From the human T2T-CHM13v2.0 reference genome, Homo sapiens: a stretch of 64,000 nucleotides of DNA. Made by a program: the position numbers and the translations under genes. The stretch lies in NCBI RefSeq assembly GCF_009914755.1, contig NC_060936.1; one strand, 5' to 3'. The notes beneath the pieces were generated by a model. That model was not told the origin of the DNA, did not search any database, and saw only the letters and a program-made list of their open reading frames with translations. Of this stretch, positions 19,560 to 38,869 are shown one piece after another (the stretch's first letter is position 1; every line of letters begins with the position of its first letter).

Positions 19560-19938
19560 AGATATGGTTTGGCTGTGTCCCCATCCAAATCTCTTCTTGA
19601 ATTATAGCTCCCACAATTCCCGTGTGTTGTGGGAAGGACCTGGTGGGAAGTAATTGAATCATGGAGGTGGGCCTTTCCTGTGCTGTTCTCATGACAGTGA
19701 ATAAGTCTCTCATGATCTGATGGTTTTATAAAGGGGAGTTTCCCTGCACACGCTGTCTTCTCTTGTCTGCTACCATGTGAGATGTGCCTTTCACCTTTTG
19801 CCATGATTGGGAGGTCTCCCCAGCCACATGGAACTGTGAGTCCATTAAACCTCTTTCTTTTGTAAATTGCCCAGACATATCCAATTGCCATGCCAGTTGG
19901 GTATGTCGTTATCAACAGCTTGAAAATGGACTAATACA
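19560..19938 (+). mobile_element. THE1 (THE1B-like) MaLR solo LTR, sense to GLT1D1
   Basis: Starts GATATGGTTTGGCTGTGTCCCC and ends GGACTAATACA; 5-bp TSD ATCCC/GTCCC; TATAAA 19727-19732; ATTAAA 19844-19849. Confidence 0.93.
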
Positions 19939-19957
19939 GTCCCTTTGTGGCAATAGG

Positions 19958-20474
19958 GTGTATCAGTTTCCCACTGCTGCTGTAATAATTTACCACAAAC
20001 CCAGTGGCTTCAGACAACACAAATTCATCACCTGACCTCCAGTTCTGGAGAATAATTGCTCCCAGAGATGTCCACATCCTACTTCCCAAGACCCCTGAGG
20101 CGGTGACAGGGGAGCCTGTTCTGGAGGTTGGAAAGCTGAAGCGGATCTCCCAGGCTGAAATTCAGGTGTCAGCAGCTGCGCTTCTTCCTGGAGGCTCTTG
20201 GGGAGAATCTGTTTTCTTGTCTTTTCCAGCCTTGAGGGGCATCCACATGTCTTGGCTCATGGCCCTTCCTCCATGTCCAGAGCCATCAGGCTGGTGAGGT
20301 CTTCCTCACTCTGAACTTGATTCTCTGGCCTCCCTCTTCCACTTGTAACGACCCCTGTGGTTATGTTGAGCCTGCCTCGATAGTCTACCGTAATACCCCT
20401 CCCCTGTCCCAGCCTCATGGGTCCTGGGAATTAGGATGTGGACATCTCTGGGAGCAATTATTCTCCCTACCACA
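19958..20474 (-). mobile_element. MLT1 (B/C/D-like) MaLR LTR with an internal inverted duplication
   Basis: TGTATCAGTTTCC..CTGCTGTAA..TACCACAAAC start; ATTATTCT.CCTACCACA end. Confidence 0.85.
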
Positions 20475-20651
20475 GATTCATGTCCTTACCATATGAGAAA
20501 AATCTTCACTCTGTCTCAACATCTCCCAAAGCCTAAACCCCTGGTGAACCACCTCTACTGGGCGGGCGTTTCTATGTCTCTCTGTGTTTTTGGAAAAGTT
20601 CTTACAGGTCTGTAGTAAGAAATTCAAACAATATAAAATGTTACAGAGTGA

Positions 20652-20979
<328 letters not shown>

Positions 20980-21154
20980 CATCCCAGATCTGTAGTCTTC
21001 CAGGTCTCTTTCCCAGAGGTGACAACAGTTATTATTTTGTGTACTATCACAGATGCTCTGTGCATATAGAAATGTGTGTTTATGGCTTTTGTTTTTGTGC
21101 AAGCATCTTTTGTTCACCAATATGCGTTTTTTTTTTGGCCAGTCTTTCTATGTG

Positions 21155-21157
<3 letters not shown>

Positions 21158-21186
<29 letters not shown>
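21158..21186. repeat. (CA)n microsatellite
   Basis: About 14 units. Confidence 0.95.
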
Positions 21187-21189
<3 letters not shown>

Positions 21190-22301
21190 CTCCAAAAAAA
21201 AAGAGTTGGTCTTCACCAATGCACAAGTAAGTTGCTTCTCAAACTGTGCTACTTTTAGCAGCCTTGCTGGAGCCATGTGTATTATTGTTGAGCTTAATAT
21301 CTGGAGGCTGAATTCATAGCAGTGGAATTCTAGGGTGAGAGTGACCTAGATAGAGAGAAAGAAGATGAGATCTGCTAATTTACATGACAAAAACAATTCA
21401 AAGGCCAGTAAAAGGAAAGATCAGTATCTTCTCCTTTAAATATCTTGATAGAAATAGCTTGTTTGAGAAATCTAACTGGGTGAACTCCAGTTAGATCTGG
21501 TCTGTTGGGTGATTTGTAGGCCATAGTCTCTCTGAAATTTTTAGGTGACCTTTGGGAGTCCTTTCGGGGAGTCGCTTTTGATAAGCACATCATTCAGCCT
21601 GAGATGGGCAGGGCTAATGCCCTGTCCTGCCCATCTGCGCTCATGAAATGTTCATCAAGGAAGCAGGGAGTGGACTCACACACTGCCTCCCATCCGCACA
21701 GGACGCGTCACTCGGAATATACATACTCCCTTTGCAAATTCTTTCCCACTTTATGCGCTCAGCATCTTGTGTTATTTTGGCCCTTATCCTAGTTGAGCCT
21801 GTCATAATTTATCACCCCTGCTGTACTGAACAGTTCTTGAGGATATTATCAAGGTTGTCTGTACCTCTCTCTCCCCTGTTGTTGTCCCAAGCTAGCACGG
21901 TGCCTGTTGGTGTTGATGAACAATAGGACTCAGTTTGGAGAGCCCTTTTTTTGTCATGAATTTTGATGATGGCAGATTAGCCCATTTCCTAGGAATGATA
22001 AGCTTGGCTTTGATTGATAGATGAGGCTAACAATATTTTTTATTTGCTAAAGTTTAAAATGAATTAATTGAAAGATAGCCCTGACGACAGTGGTTGGGGC
22101 CTCCCGTGATTCCTCTTGGTGTTGTGTTTATTGTAGTGATACCTATTCTGCTATCCAGGAGAGGTGGATGCAGCTAAATGTACAGCAACAAACAGCTCCG
22201 GCGATCTGGGAACTTCAGTGTTTAAGATCCTTGCTTGGGAATGGTTGGTGAAGGCTGTTTTTAGGGCTAAATTCTGCTTTGTGACTGTCATCGTTTTGCA
22301 G

Positions 22302-22407
22302 GCCACCGAATCCCTTTTGGAGTCATCTTTGGTGGAACTGATGTAAATGAAGATGCCAACCAGGCGGAAAAAAACACAGTCATGGGCAGAGTTCTTGAGG
22401 AAGCCAG
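22302..22407 (+). CDS. GLT1D1: GLT1D1 exon 3, (G)[34 protein letters not shown](R)
   Basis: TTTTGCAG acceptor; CAG|GTAATA donor; 106 nt, phase 1 to 2; joins exon 2 in frame. Confidence 0.96.
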
Positions 22408-22659
22408 GTAATACCTGCGAGAATTTCATCCATGCCAAACATTTAAACTGTGTGAATTGAATTAATTGAAACCAAAGACCGAGGGCACCAATTGCCGGGA
22501 AGGTTTACATCTTAGCACTTAAAACCAATTTCATGTAACCTTTTCTTTCATTTGGTACATTTTTATTTGGCCACAAATAGTCATTGCTAACAGGTTATTG
22601 CACTTAAGTCTTCAACTACAGTTAATATTAGATAAGCCTCTTTAGAATGGTCTGCATGG

Positions 22660-22807
22660 AGCCAGGCATAGTGAGGCACGCCTGTGGTCCCAGCTGCTTG
22701 GGAGGCTGAGGCAGGAGGATTGCTGGAGCCCAGGAGCCCAAGGCTACAGTGTGCTATGGTTGCAATCCAGCCTGAGTGGTAGAGCAAAGCCCTCTTTTCA
22801 AAAAAAC
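22660..22807 (+). mobile_element. Alu monomer (FRAM/FAM-like)
   Basis: Single diverged arm with A tail. Confidence 0.8.
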
Positions 22808-23295
22808 AAGTGTTCTGGATGTAGAAAACACGAATCACAGGCAAACTCCAGCCTTAGCAGCACACAAATTAGGATCTAGTTTGCATCAGGTTTGCCCAAG
22901 TAGACTATCTTTGGCATGGGTCTTATCTATGTAGCTTTCTGAGCTATATATGCCATTTGCAAGAAGGGTCACCAACAGGATTTCTAAACTGTGGCTTAGG
23001 CCTTTTCCTTGGGTATGGCCCTCTAGCTGTCCCAGGGACCTGAGAGGTAGCTGCTGTGAGAACAGCTCTACATGCTCTAAGTGGGGCTTCTTACAGGGGT
23101 CACTGTGATAATCCTGGGGGCTGCCCTGCACGTCTCTGATCCCAGATACTGATCATGGGCAGCAGCCTCCAGGTACCACAACTACCTTAGTATGTCTCCC
23201 TATAATTCTAATGCCCCCAGGGTGGGGGAAGTTATTATCCCCAGTTGAGAATTCCTTCCAGCGCTGTACTTCCCAACTTTTCCATGTCAATACGG

Positions 23296-24034
<739 letters not shown>

Positions 24035-24164
24035 AGGCATACTTAGAAAATTATCATATTTGTATAGCAATTTAAAGTGGATTAAAAGCCTTGATTAAAA
24101 AAATCACTCCCATTTCTTTGTCTAACGAATAACAATAATAAGAATTAAAATAATGATAAAATCA

Positions 24165-24781
<617 letters not shown>

Positions 24782-25456
24782 TTTAATTAATTAAAAAAAT
24801 AAAAAATTAAATAAAATAATGATAAAAGCAATATGAATCTTCCATGATCATATGAAAATTGTGAAAAAAAGCGGAAATTAAATCAAAAGAACTACCTATA
24901 CATGCATACCCAAAACAAAGAACTTTTCTGATCAGTCATGAGGTGCTCAGTGGGCTTCCTCGGGGTTTGGCTGGACAGTCAAGGGGGTTCTGTGCAGTTT
25001 GTCCTCCCACATGTTCACTGGCTGCTGGTGTTAGAAGAAAGCTTCACCTGTGTCTAGAATAACCCTGAAACCACAGTTTACAGTTGGTCCAACAAGTACT
25101 GCCTAACTATCCCTTCGACCCTTTTAAATCTTTGAATCATTGTAGAGAACAAAACAAAGCAAAACTGGTAATTGATTTTATCCCAATAAATCACCAGCCA
25201 TTAATTTTCTGTGGCTCACCTCATGGCTGGGAAGCTCTGGCCAGGGAATTTGGGACACTTCAAGTCTTTATGTAGCTGGATCACCCTATTCCATACAGGG
25301 GACAGCATTCAAAGTTCTGTCGGGAGCCTCAGATTCCTTGTTTGGTAATGTAGGTGTCAGTCTCGCTTCTGAAAACCAGGGTTACTGAGAGGTATCACTG
25401 CATTTAGGACCCTAGTCCTTCCTGAGGACCCCGATCGTATGTTGTGGCAATGCAAA

Positions 25457-25925
25457 TGTGGACCCAAAAAACCTGAGACAGGTCTCAGTTACTATTTAGA
25501 AAGTTTATTTTGCCAACGTTGAAGACACGCACTCATGACCCAGCCTCAAGAGGTCCTGATGACACGTGCCCAAGGTGGTCAGGCACAGGTTGGTTTTCTA
25601 CATCTTAGGGAGATGTGAGACATCAATCAATATATGTAGGAGGTACACTGGTTCGGTCTGGAAAGGCGGGACAACTGGAAGCGAGGCAGGAAGACTCAAA
25701 GCAGGGAGGGGTTTTCCAGGTCACTGGTAGGTGACAGACAAAAGGTCGCATTCTTTTGCATTTCTGATTGGCCTTTCCCAAGGAAGCAATCAGATATACA
25801 TTTATCTCAGTGAGCAGAGGGGTGACTTTGAATAGAATGGGAGGGAGGTTTGCCCTTAGCAGTTCCCAGCTTGACTTTTCCCTTTAGCTTTGTGATTTGG
25901 GGGCCCAAGATATTTTCCTTTCACA
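25457..25925 (-). mobile_element. MER4A-like ERV1 solo LTR
   Basis: Reverse strand starts TGTGAAAGGAAAATATCTTGGGCCCCCAAATCAC; CTGAGACCTGTCTCAG near its 3' end. Confidence 0.85.
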
Positions 25926-26550
25926 CCACCTTATCATAATAGAGAGCACACGTGTGAGTGTGCATGTGTGTGCGTGTGTGTGTTACAATAAAAAAAGACA
26001 TTAAAACACGTTGGGGTTACCTTGAAAGGGGATCTTTTATTACAGGTTTTCTTATTGCTGTTGTTCTTTCACTCTGCAAATTCATTACCTTTAGATTCCT
26101 GTAGTTGGTAATGCACTGCCTTACGGAAGAAAAACAATTCTGTTTACTAGAAACAACATTGAATGAATCCATCTTACAGTATTATTATTAGTATTATTTA
26201 TTTCATTGTTATTAAAGCAAACACGGATTTCTATTTTGGGGGGTTATTGATCGAGGTTAGTGGGCAGGAAAGCTGCATGGATCAGATTCTTTGTCCAGTA
26301 CAACATAGCACACGTTTCTGTAAAAGAAAGTATTGAACTTGTCTAGCTTTATAATGAGTATTTCATTTTTAATCAAATGTTTTTAAATAGTTATATTTTT
26401 CCTATAGGGTCTATTTTTGAAGTTTTTTTAGTATTTAAATTTTTTTTCTATATTATATAGTATTCAAACTTACCTTAGCTTCAGCTTTTTGGCTTATAAA
26501 TATTATAATGTAATAAGTACTTGATAATTACATTATCAATATCAAAACTA

Positions 26551-26982
<432 letters not shown>

Positions 26983-27251
26983 TCAAAAATAGCCTCATAA
27001 ATAGGAAATCTATAGCACACGATAGGTTAAACGAGGTGAATTTGCTGTTTTGTAGGCATAAAATGGCTGAATATTGGTAGTTTCATAAGTTTTAAGCTAT
27101 AGATATTTAAGCCCAAAGATTTTTTTTACAAAAAAAATCACATGTGAAAGTGAGTAAATCTATTTCAAAATGGCAATGTTCAACTAAAAATGCAAAAATG
27201 GTAGCTTTATATTTTTCATAAGAAATGTGGTTTTTTAATTTAATTGAATTT

Positions 27252-27544
27252 TATTGTTTTTTTTTGGACACAGAGTCTTACTCTGTCGCCCAGGCTGGAG
27301 TGCAGTGGTGCAGTCTGAGCTCACTGCAACTTCCACCTCCTGGGTTCAGGCGATTCACCTGCCTCAGCCTCGTCAGTAGCTGGGACTACAGGGGTGCACC
27401 ACCACGCCTGGCTAATTTTTGTATTTTTAGTGAAGATGGAGTTTCTCTGTGTTGGCCAGGCTGGTCTCGAACTCCTGACCACAGTGATCCACCTTCCTCG
27501 GCCTCCCAAAGTGTTGGGATTACAGGTGTGAGCCATCACGCCCC
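27252..27544 (-). mobile_element. Alu (S-type)
   Basis: Full antisense dimer. Confidence 0.94.
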
Positions 27545-28205
27545 ACTAATTGTTCAATTCTTAAGTTTCTCAGTTTTGAAGTTTCCCAGCAAAGGAAGGT
27601 TTACACACTCTCCTGAAGGGCCCATTGTCAGGCAATTGTTATTTAGCTACTTTTCTTTCTTTTTTATCTTATTTTCACAGGATAAAGTCTATTCCCCCAG
27701 ATACAGTTTCCTTGCACCTCTTGTTAGTTTTCAGAGCAAATGGAGAGCTTCTCATAACTGAGGCCAGCAGAACAACCCATGCTGGGCTCGAGCCTCCTTC
27801 CGCGTCAGCACTGTATGGTGCTTGGATTATGAAAGTGGGCCTTGGTGGGAAGTCCAGCGTGAGATCCTCTCCGTCCGTCTTTCCTTACTTTTCCCTTCAG
27901 TAGGGGACCTGTGATGGAATGTGCCTCGACTGGTGACAGGGTTTTAGAGGAGGCAGAAAGGAAAGCTCGGGGCAGGCACAGACAGGGGAAGTGGGGCCTT
28001 CTGGAGGAAGAATCTGCCATTTTTGGGTCCTGCTGCAGGGAAGGAATCATCCTTTCCTGGTTCTCATCTGCAGTAATTATTCCTGTGGTGTTTGCCTGAT
28101 GGTGATTTTTCCATTTGCACTGCGTCTTGTTTATTAACTGGAATTCTACCTTACGGAAGACTTTCCTCTTTGATCCCATTTACTTATTTGATTATTTATT
28201 TGTTA

Positions 28206-28532
<327 letters not shown>

Positions 28533-28999
28533 ATATTAAAAATTATATATATATATATAACATGGACTCATAGATATTTATTTTATTTCCCTTTACAGAT
28601 TATCTGTTACTATTTTTGTTTATTCGGTTGCTCAAATTGCCCCAGATTTGCCCACAGGAGATGCTTTGAGCTGATGCCTGTGTTCTTTTGACATGCTCTC
28701 ATCATTCATCGTTTTCTGAGCACTTTTCTACTTTCTGGCATCGTAAAATGTCCCTGATTCATCTCCTGTCTACCTTGTCCTACTTCTGGAAATGGCTATT
28801 TCTCAAAGGAGTCCTGGTTCCTTTATAATTTTTTTTTGTCCTTTTAGAGAATATTATTTAGAAACTAAGATCTGTGCTTATTGCTTACTCAGTGTCCTTG
28901 CTTGTAAGCCCTCTTAGAGCTTGGAAATGTATGTATGTATATATGCACATATACAACTATATGTATTTTTATTTCATCACTAGAAGTATGGTTCTCATT

Positions 29000-29890
<891 letters not shown>

Positions 29891-30231
29891 GTTTTTATAA
29901 TGAGTAGAGGAGAAAATAATGATGTGGGAGAAAGATAGGAGGATATATATTATCTACAGGAAGTCTTGAAAGATTGTAAGTCCTGACTTTATAAAATATT
30001 TTGTTAAGAATTTTCTTTCTAACTAAAAAAAATGGCTGTCCCAATGCAATGTAGAAATTTTGAAAAGTACTGAAGAAGCCAGGGAAAAGCAAATTACCAA
30101 TTTTTTTTTTGTACTTCATGCGTGCTTTAACCATGACTAGCTTTTTGGTAGGTGATCTTTTAATTACTTACATTTGTATGTCTGTGACTATATTTTCATT
30201 GTTATTATTTTTGAAAATTTGGGCTGAATGA

Positions 30232-30443
<212 letters not shown>

Positions 30444-31269
30444 TAATGGCTGCATAGAATTCTATCATAAATTCTGTAAATGATTCTTTGAGATTGGGCA
30501 TTTATATCTTTATCATAAACAACACCACAGGGAAAAATCTGTTTCTGTCTTTGTGTACTTGTCTGATTGTGTCTTTGGGTTGAATTCATAGAGGTAGAAT
30601 TGCAAGGTCTAACGCTACGAACATGTGAATATATTGATGCAGTTTCTCAAATTTCTCTTCAGAAAGAATATTTGCATTTTAATTCACCAAGTGGGTGTAT
30701 GTTTTCATTTTTCTCACCTTTGTCAACATTGGGCATTTTTATTTTTAAAACTGCCAATCTTATATGTGATGCAATTCTTTCCTATTGTTCCAATTAGATT
30801 TATTTTGTTATTAGAGAAATTTCACTTTTCCTCACATTTTATGGTCCCTTATATTTGCTCTCACGTGAACATCCCATTTTTCCCATCCCTTTTTGCCCCT
30901 TGGGATGTTTGGCTTCCTTGTTAATTTTGAAGAGCTCCTGAGTAAGGATATTATTCCTCTTTTCTCCATGTCAATTGCACATGTTTCTTCCAAATTGTTA
31001 TTTTTGTTTTAATTTGTGGTATTTCAGTAGTTTTTAAATTTTAATATAATCAAAGCTTTTTTATCTTTAGAATTAATTTCATAGCTTTTTTTCTTTCTCC
31101 TTTTCATACCCTGCCTGTGGTATCCAATAATGTCATAGCTTTTTATGCTCAGAAAACCTTTCCCAGGCTGAGGCCAGCTGCTTGTTCTCTTATATCATTC
31201 CAGACTTCTCTTGTAGTCTTACCTTTTTTTACTTAGCTCCTGAACCATCTTTTGAGATATATGATATAA

Positions 31270-31629
<360 letters not shown>

Positions 31630-31782
31630 TATGCTATGTCAAATTCTTAAATGTATTTGGGTCTGTTTCTGGCCTTGTATTTGGTTTTGATCTTTCTATC
31701 TTTTTTTCACTGCCAACACTGTTTTAATTGTTATATTTTTAATATGTTTTGATATCTGTTAATACACATCTCATCTTTGAAT

Positions 31783-32139
31783 TCTTCTTCTTCTTCCTCT
31801 TCCTCTTCTTCCTCCTCCTCCTCCTCCTTCTTCTTCCTTTTCCTTCTTCCTTTCTTCTTTCTTCTTCCTCTGTCACCCAAGCTGGAGTGCAGTGGCACAA
31901 TCATGGCTCACTGCAGCCTTGACATCCCAGGCTCAAGCGATCCTCCTGCCTCAGCCTCCTGAGTAGCTGGGACTACAAGTGTGCTCAACTATGCCCAGCT
32001 GATTACAAAAATGTTTCCTGTAGAGATGGGGGTCTCCCTATGTTGCCCAGGCTGGTCTTGAATGCCTGGGCTCAAGTGATCTTCCTGCCTCAGCCTCCCA
32101 AAGTATTGGGATTACAAGTGTGAGCCACTGTGCCTGGCC
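31783..32139 (-). mobile_element. Alu (J-type) with (TTC/TCC)n trinucleotide tail (31783-31868)
   Basis: Antisense dimer; TSD TGAATTCTT. Confidence 0.92.
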
Positions 32140-32898
32140 TGAATTCTTTATCAAAATTTTCTGATTGTTTGTCACCCAATTATATGTATAGGTAAACTTT
32201 AAAATTATTTTGTCAAATTTCAATAGAAATCCACTTCTGGATTTTATTTGAATTATTGATTTTGTCACGTAATTTGGTAAAAATGGACGTTTTGATAGTA
32301 TTGGAGCTTCCCATCTAAGAATGTGCTCCACATTTCCATGAAAAAGTATCTCTTAATATTCCTGCACTTCATGGCAAACATAATGTTAATAAATAGATTA
32401 CCTTGTTTTCTTAGTTTTGAGATCCCTTGTGCATTTCCTAAAGAAGCAATTGAAAGGAGGGAGATGATAACAGTGAGCACCCATGTGCATTCAGTAAATT
32501 GTGATTGTGTCCCCATAGTCTTCCCTTGGCAGAGCTAGTGGAGTGGACAGGCTGCCCTTGAATGGTCAGGGTGGATTAACCCAGCAAGTTCCTTGCTTCT
32601 CTCCTGCATCTTCATTTCTTGCTTTTGATTTTATCCCTGCCTCTCTGAACTTGCGTGGAAGGAAGAGAAAAAATAGGAGTTTTGAGCTTCGTTTGGTTTA
32701 CTTCTTGCATATAAAACTTTTTTTTGATGTGAGTTGAGATTAAACCTAATGGCCAATGACCACAAGTAATAAAGATTGATTGCATTTTAAATTTAGTGTC
32801 TCACGTTGTCTCTCATAATTTGTTCCAAAGAGCTGTTTCATAGTTCTTTTAATTGAATTCTGGCCTAATTGTTTCTATTATTTTTGTTCATTTACTAG

Positions 32899-32950
32899 AT
32901 TTGCTGTCGCTTTCACAGAGTCAATGAAGGAAATGGCACAAGCGCAGTGG
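32899..32950 (+). CDS. GLT1D1: GLT1D1 exon 4, (R)FAVAFTESMKEMAQAQW
   Basis: TTTACTAG acceptor; TGG|GTATGT donor; 52 nt, phase 2 to 0. Confidence 0.95.
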
Positions 32951-33176
32951 GTATGTGTTTATCTGGTGTTGTTATTTTGGTTGTGCTGATGAAATTGCAG
33001 AATTCGAGAACCGAAAGGCAGCCTTACTGAGCTGACAGTGTTCCCATGGACGGTGCCTGTTGCGGCCACAATAGTGTATTATGTTTCCCATAGATTGATT
33101 TTGTATGTGTAGATGCACCTAAAACGTCCCTGATATTTTTTGATGTTGTTATTGAATGACAAAAGTAGCCCAGTAA

Positions 33177-33604
<428 letters not shown>

Positions 33605-34297
33605 TAGGTGACAGAGGTAGTTTCCTGGGTTGGACCGTTTATTAGAAGAGCTTTAAACAGTCAAGAGTTTGTAGATCCACAAGTTAGTTCATTTATTGAC
33701 TTTGTATTCATGATGACTTAGAGGGCTGGTGTATGAGCTGGTGGGAACTTAACTGAATTCCCAGTAAGGAGCTATGTGAACGCACCATAGAGCTGGTGCC
33801 TGCAAAACTAAAGAAAAAAACCAAAGGTCAGTTTCCCTTTGGTGAGTGAGGCTGCTGTCTCTGGCGGTGGGAACTGCATTGAGCCTGCTCCACCAGCGTT
33901 CATCCGCTGTGCACAATGTGCATGCCCTGATCATTTGCAGGCGTTATTCCTGTTGGTTGGGAGGATCAAGGAACAGGGCTTATGCCCTGATCATTTGCAG
34001 GCTCTGCCCATTCTTTATGGAATTGCAATTTGCAAAATGGTGGTACTTGAAAACTGCTGCACTGGGACAAGGGCAGAACCCAGTCATCTGTGGTCTCTTC
34101 CGAAAGCTCGGGATGCTAGACATATGTGAATGTGAAGTTGCACACGCCCTGACGGCCCATAGTCTTACTCTTTATATCAGACTTTTCCCAGGCAGAGCAT
34201 GGAGGTTGTATTTCCTAGTGCAATTTAATGACTTGTCAATCTCAGTATTAGAAAACCCAACAGGCATCCTGGTTTCCAGTTTTATTGTAATACCAAA

Positions 34298-34597
34298 CTT
34301 TTTTTTTTTTTTTTTGAGACAGAGTCTCACTCTGTCACCCAGGCTAGAGTGTAATGGTGCTATCTCAGCTCACTGCAACCTCTGCCCCCCAGGTTCAAGC
34401 GATTCTGTTGCCTCAGCCTCCTGAGTAGCTGGGACGACAGGCATGTGCCACCACACCCGGCTAATTTTTGTATTTTTAGTAGGGACGTGGTTTCACCATG
34501 TTGGCCAGGCTGGTCTCAAATGCCTGACCTCAAGTGATCCACCCACCTCAGCCTCCCAAAGTGTTGGGGCTACAGGTGTGAGCCACTGCACCTGGCC
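34298..34597 (-). mobile_element. Alu (S-type)
   Basis: Full antisense dimer. Confidence 0.94.
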
Positions 34598-34950
34598 TAC
34601 CTGTTGGACTATCTATCTGCCTTCTTAAGGTAGTTTTCAAACCAGTGGTTACCAAAATGGGGTCCCTGGACCTCTGAGATTCCCTGGGACTCTTTCAGGG
34701 CCTCCGCCAAGTCAAGCTTTTTCTAAATAATAATGCAAAGCCTTTTCTTTTGGCTTTTCTCATGGTTTAAAATGCAGTGATGAGTAAAATGCAGCTGCCT
34801 TAATACTAACGAAGGCAGTGGCCCCATCTGTGCTAATATTCGCTGATTAGTCACCACCACCCACTTAAGCCAGTTTCACTTAAAAATGTCCCTGATGAAG
34901 AAATACAAATTACTAGCTTTTCAAATATTAACTTTTGAATACATGTTGTT

Positions 34951-35573
<623 letters not shown>

Positions 35574-35863
35574 AAATTTGAATTTTCAAGTAAAATTAGA
35601 ATTTTGGAAAGCCAGCATGAGGTTGTCAGTTTCCCAATATCTGAAGGCTTTCCTGATGAAATTGGTGGCTCTACTAACAAATCTGAGTTTTTTGGATGTT
35701 GTATAATGAAACGTTTAAACATTTGAAAGATCTCCATGACTCAGTGAACCAGTAGGTTTTCAATGATCAATATGTGACCTATAGAATCAAGTACAGATGA
35801 AAGATCAGTTCATAGTACCAGGTAGACCAATGGACTTTAATATAACTGAGTATGAAAAGTTCG

Positions 35864-36291
<428 letters not shown>

Positions 36292-36424
36292 CTACTACCT
36301 GTCTGCAAGAGGCAGGATTTTCTTTATAGACCTCAACCAAAACAACATATTGCAACAAATTAAATGAAACAGCAAACGTGGGAACCCAACTGTGTTGGTT
36401 AAGACAGACATTAAAGAAATAATT

Positions 36425-36705
<281 letters not shown>

Positions 36706-36842
36706 ATATTTTACCTGTGGAAGCATGCTCCTTTTCCATGAATTCATTGCCCTTTTCTCTAACTTGTCAGCCTTCAATATCATCCTCCACCATAAATCCT
36801 TCCTTGACCCTCCAGAATTGGCATAGATGAGTTCCCTTCCTC

Positions 36843-37188
36843 TGTCAGTTACCTTTTGCTGCTTAACAAACCAGTTGCCTTAAACACGCAGGGTGGCCTC
36901 ACTTCCATGCCTGGACCTTAGCTGGGATGGTGGGGACCCCTGAGGCCTGTCTCCATGGGGTCTGTCATCCTGTTTTAGGCTCGGCAGGAAGAGAGAACGG
37001 GCCTCAACTCACAAGCACATTCCAGGCCTCTGCCTGTGATAAGCTTGCCTCCTTCCCATTGACCAAAGCAACTCAGCGGGTGGAGATACGGTCCCCACCT
37101 CATAATGAGAGGATCTTTAATGCTGCCTTACAAGGGCACGGATGCAGGGAGGGGGAGAATTGATGGCCTCTGTAACCATCTGCCACAC
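36843..37188 (-). mobile_element. MLT1-like LTR fragment
   Basis: TGTCAGTTACC.TTTGCTGC.TAACAAACCA start; CCCATTGACCAAAGCAA motif; GCC.CTGTAACCATCTGCCACA end. Confidence 0.6.
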
Positions 37189-37384
37189 TTCATGCTTGTC
37201 TCTAATGAGTATAACATGTTTTACTTTCTTCCCCGTGCTTCTCAAGTGGTGAGCTTCTTGAGAAAGGGACATGAGGTAGTCACTCGTGCATCCCTGGAGA
37301 ATAGTATATACTGTCTCAGGCCCGGTGAATATCCTTTAAATTGATTGATTAGGAACGACTCCTCCTTTAGAACCTTTTGATTTT

Positions 37385-37701
<317 letters not shown>

Positions 37702-38270
37702 TAAAGAAATTTTCAGGCATGTGTAGAAGTAGCAAGAATAGTAGAGTGAGCCCTTTATGTGCCCATGACCCAGTTTATTGTTCCTCAATTCTTATTTACT
37801 CTACTTCCTCCTGAATACACACACACACCTACACTCACACACACACATACAATGTTTTCGAGAATAATTTCAAAAATTACCAATATCATGCCATTTCACC
37901 TATAATTATGTGCCATTTTACCTGCAAATGTACTTTGATAAAGACTTTTTTTAAAAAACATAAACACAGTGGTACAGGTAACTTTTGTATTGGCAGACCA
38001 CAGTCAGTAAGGAAGAAATAAAGAGGGGTTTAAGAGCGTTCATACAACCTAACATTTTTATCAATACAGTTTGGAAGAAATCAAGGAATAGAATTTGGAG
38101 GGGGAAAAAGAGAGGAACTGAATCATTTGGTTCTGGATGTATTGACTTAGTGACAAATATTGGACTCGGGTAAATATCCAGAATAGAGCTGAGAATGTAG
38201 GACTGTCCTCAGAGGAGGGCACAGTTGGGGACACAGCCATGTGAGTCACTGGTGTCCAGGTGATGGTTAA

Positions 38271-38713
<443 letters not shown>

Positions 38714-38869
38714 CATTTCCCACCCTAAACACTCAGCTGTCAGGTATTACACCACTTACGCCGTTTCCCAGAAGCTAAGGGTGCAGGTCATGCCTCTGTT
38801 TGGTCAAGGCCGAATTTCCTAGTACACACCCACTATATGTCATCAATATGAAAGTTACTAGTGACATCA

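Noticed and set aside
19815-19827. PRDM9 hotspot motif position in the THE1 LTR
   Set aside because: Reads TCTCCCCAGCCAC, which mismatches CCNCCNTNNCCNC at positions 1 and 7.
21960-22090. Possible intronic C/D-box snoRNA (TGATGA ... CTGA) upstream of exon 3
   Set aside because: Box C lacks the leading purine, there is no convincing terminal stem, and I see no recognisable guide sequence.
33791-33847. Candidate exon in intron 4 ending at AAG|GTCAGT or TTG|GTGAGT
   Set aside because: The upstream AG lacks a pyrimidine tract and the in-phase frame hits TAA; no support beyond the donor motifs.
33922-34002. Repeat-spacer-repeat pattern resembling a CRISPR unit
   Set aside because: Only two copies, in a primate intron with no cas genes; kept only as a local duplication.
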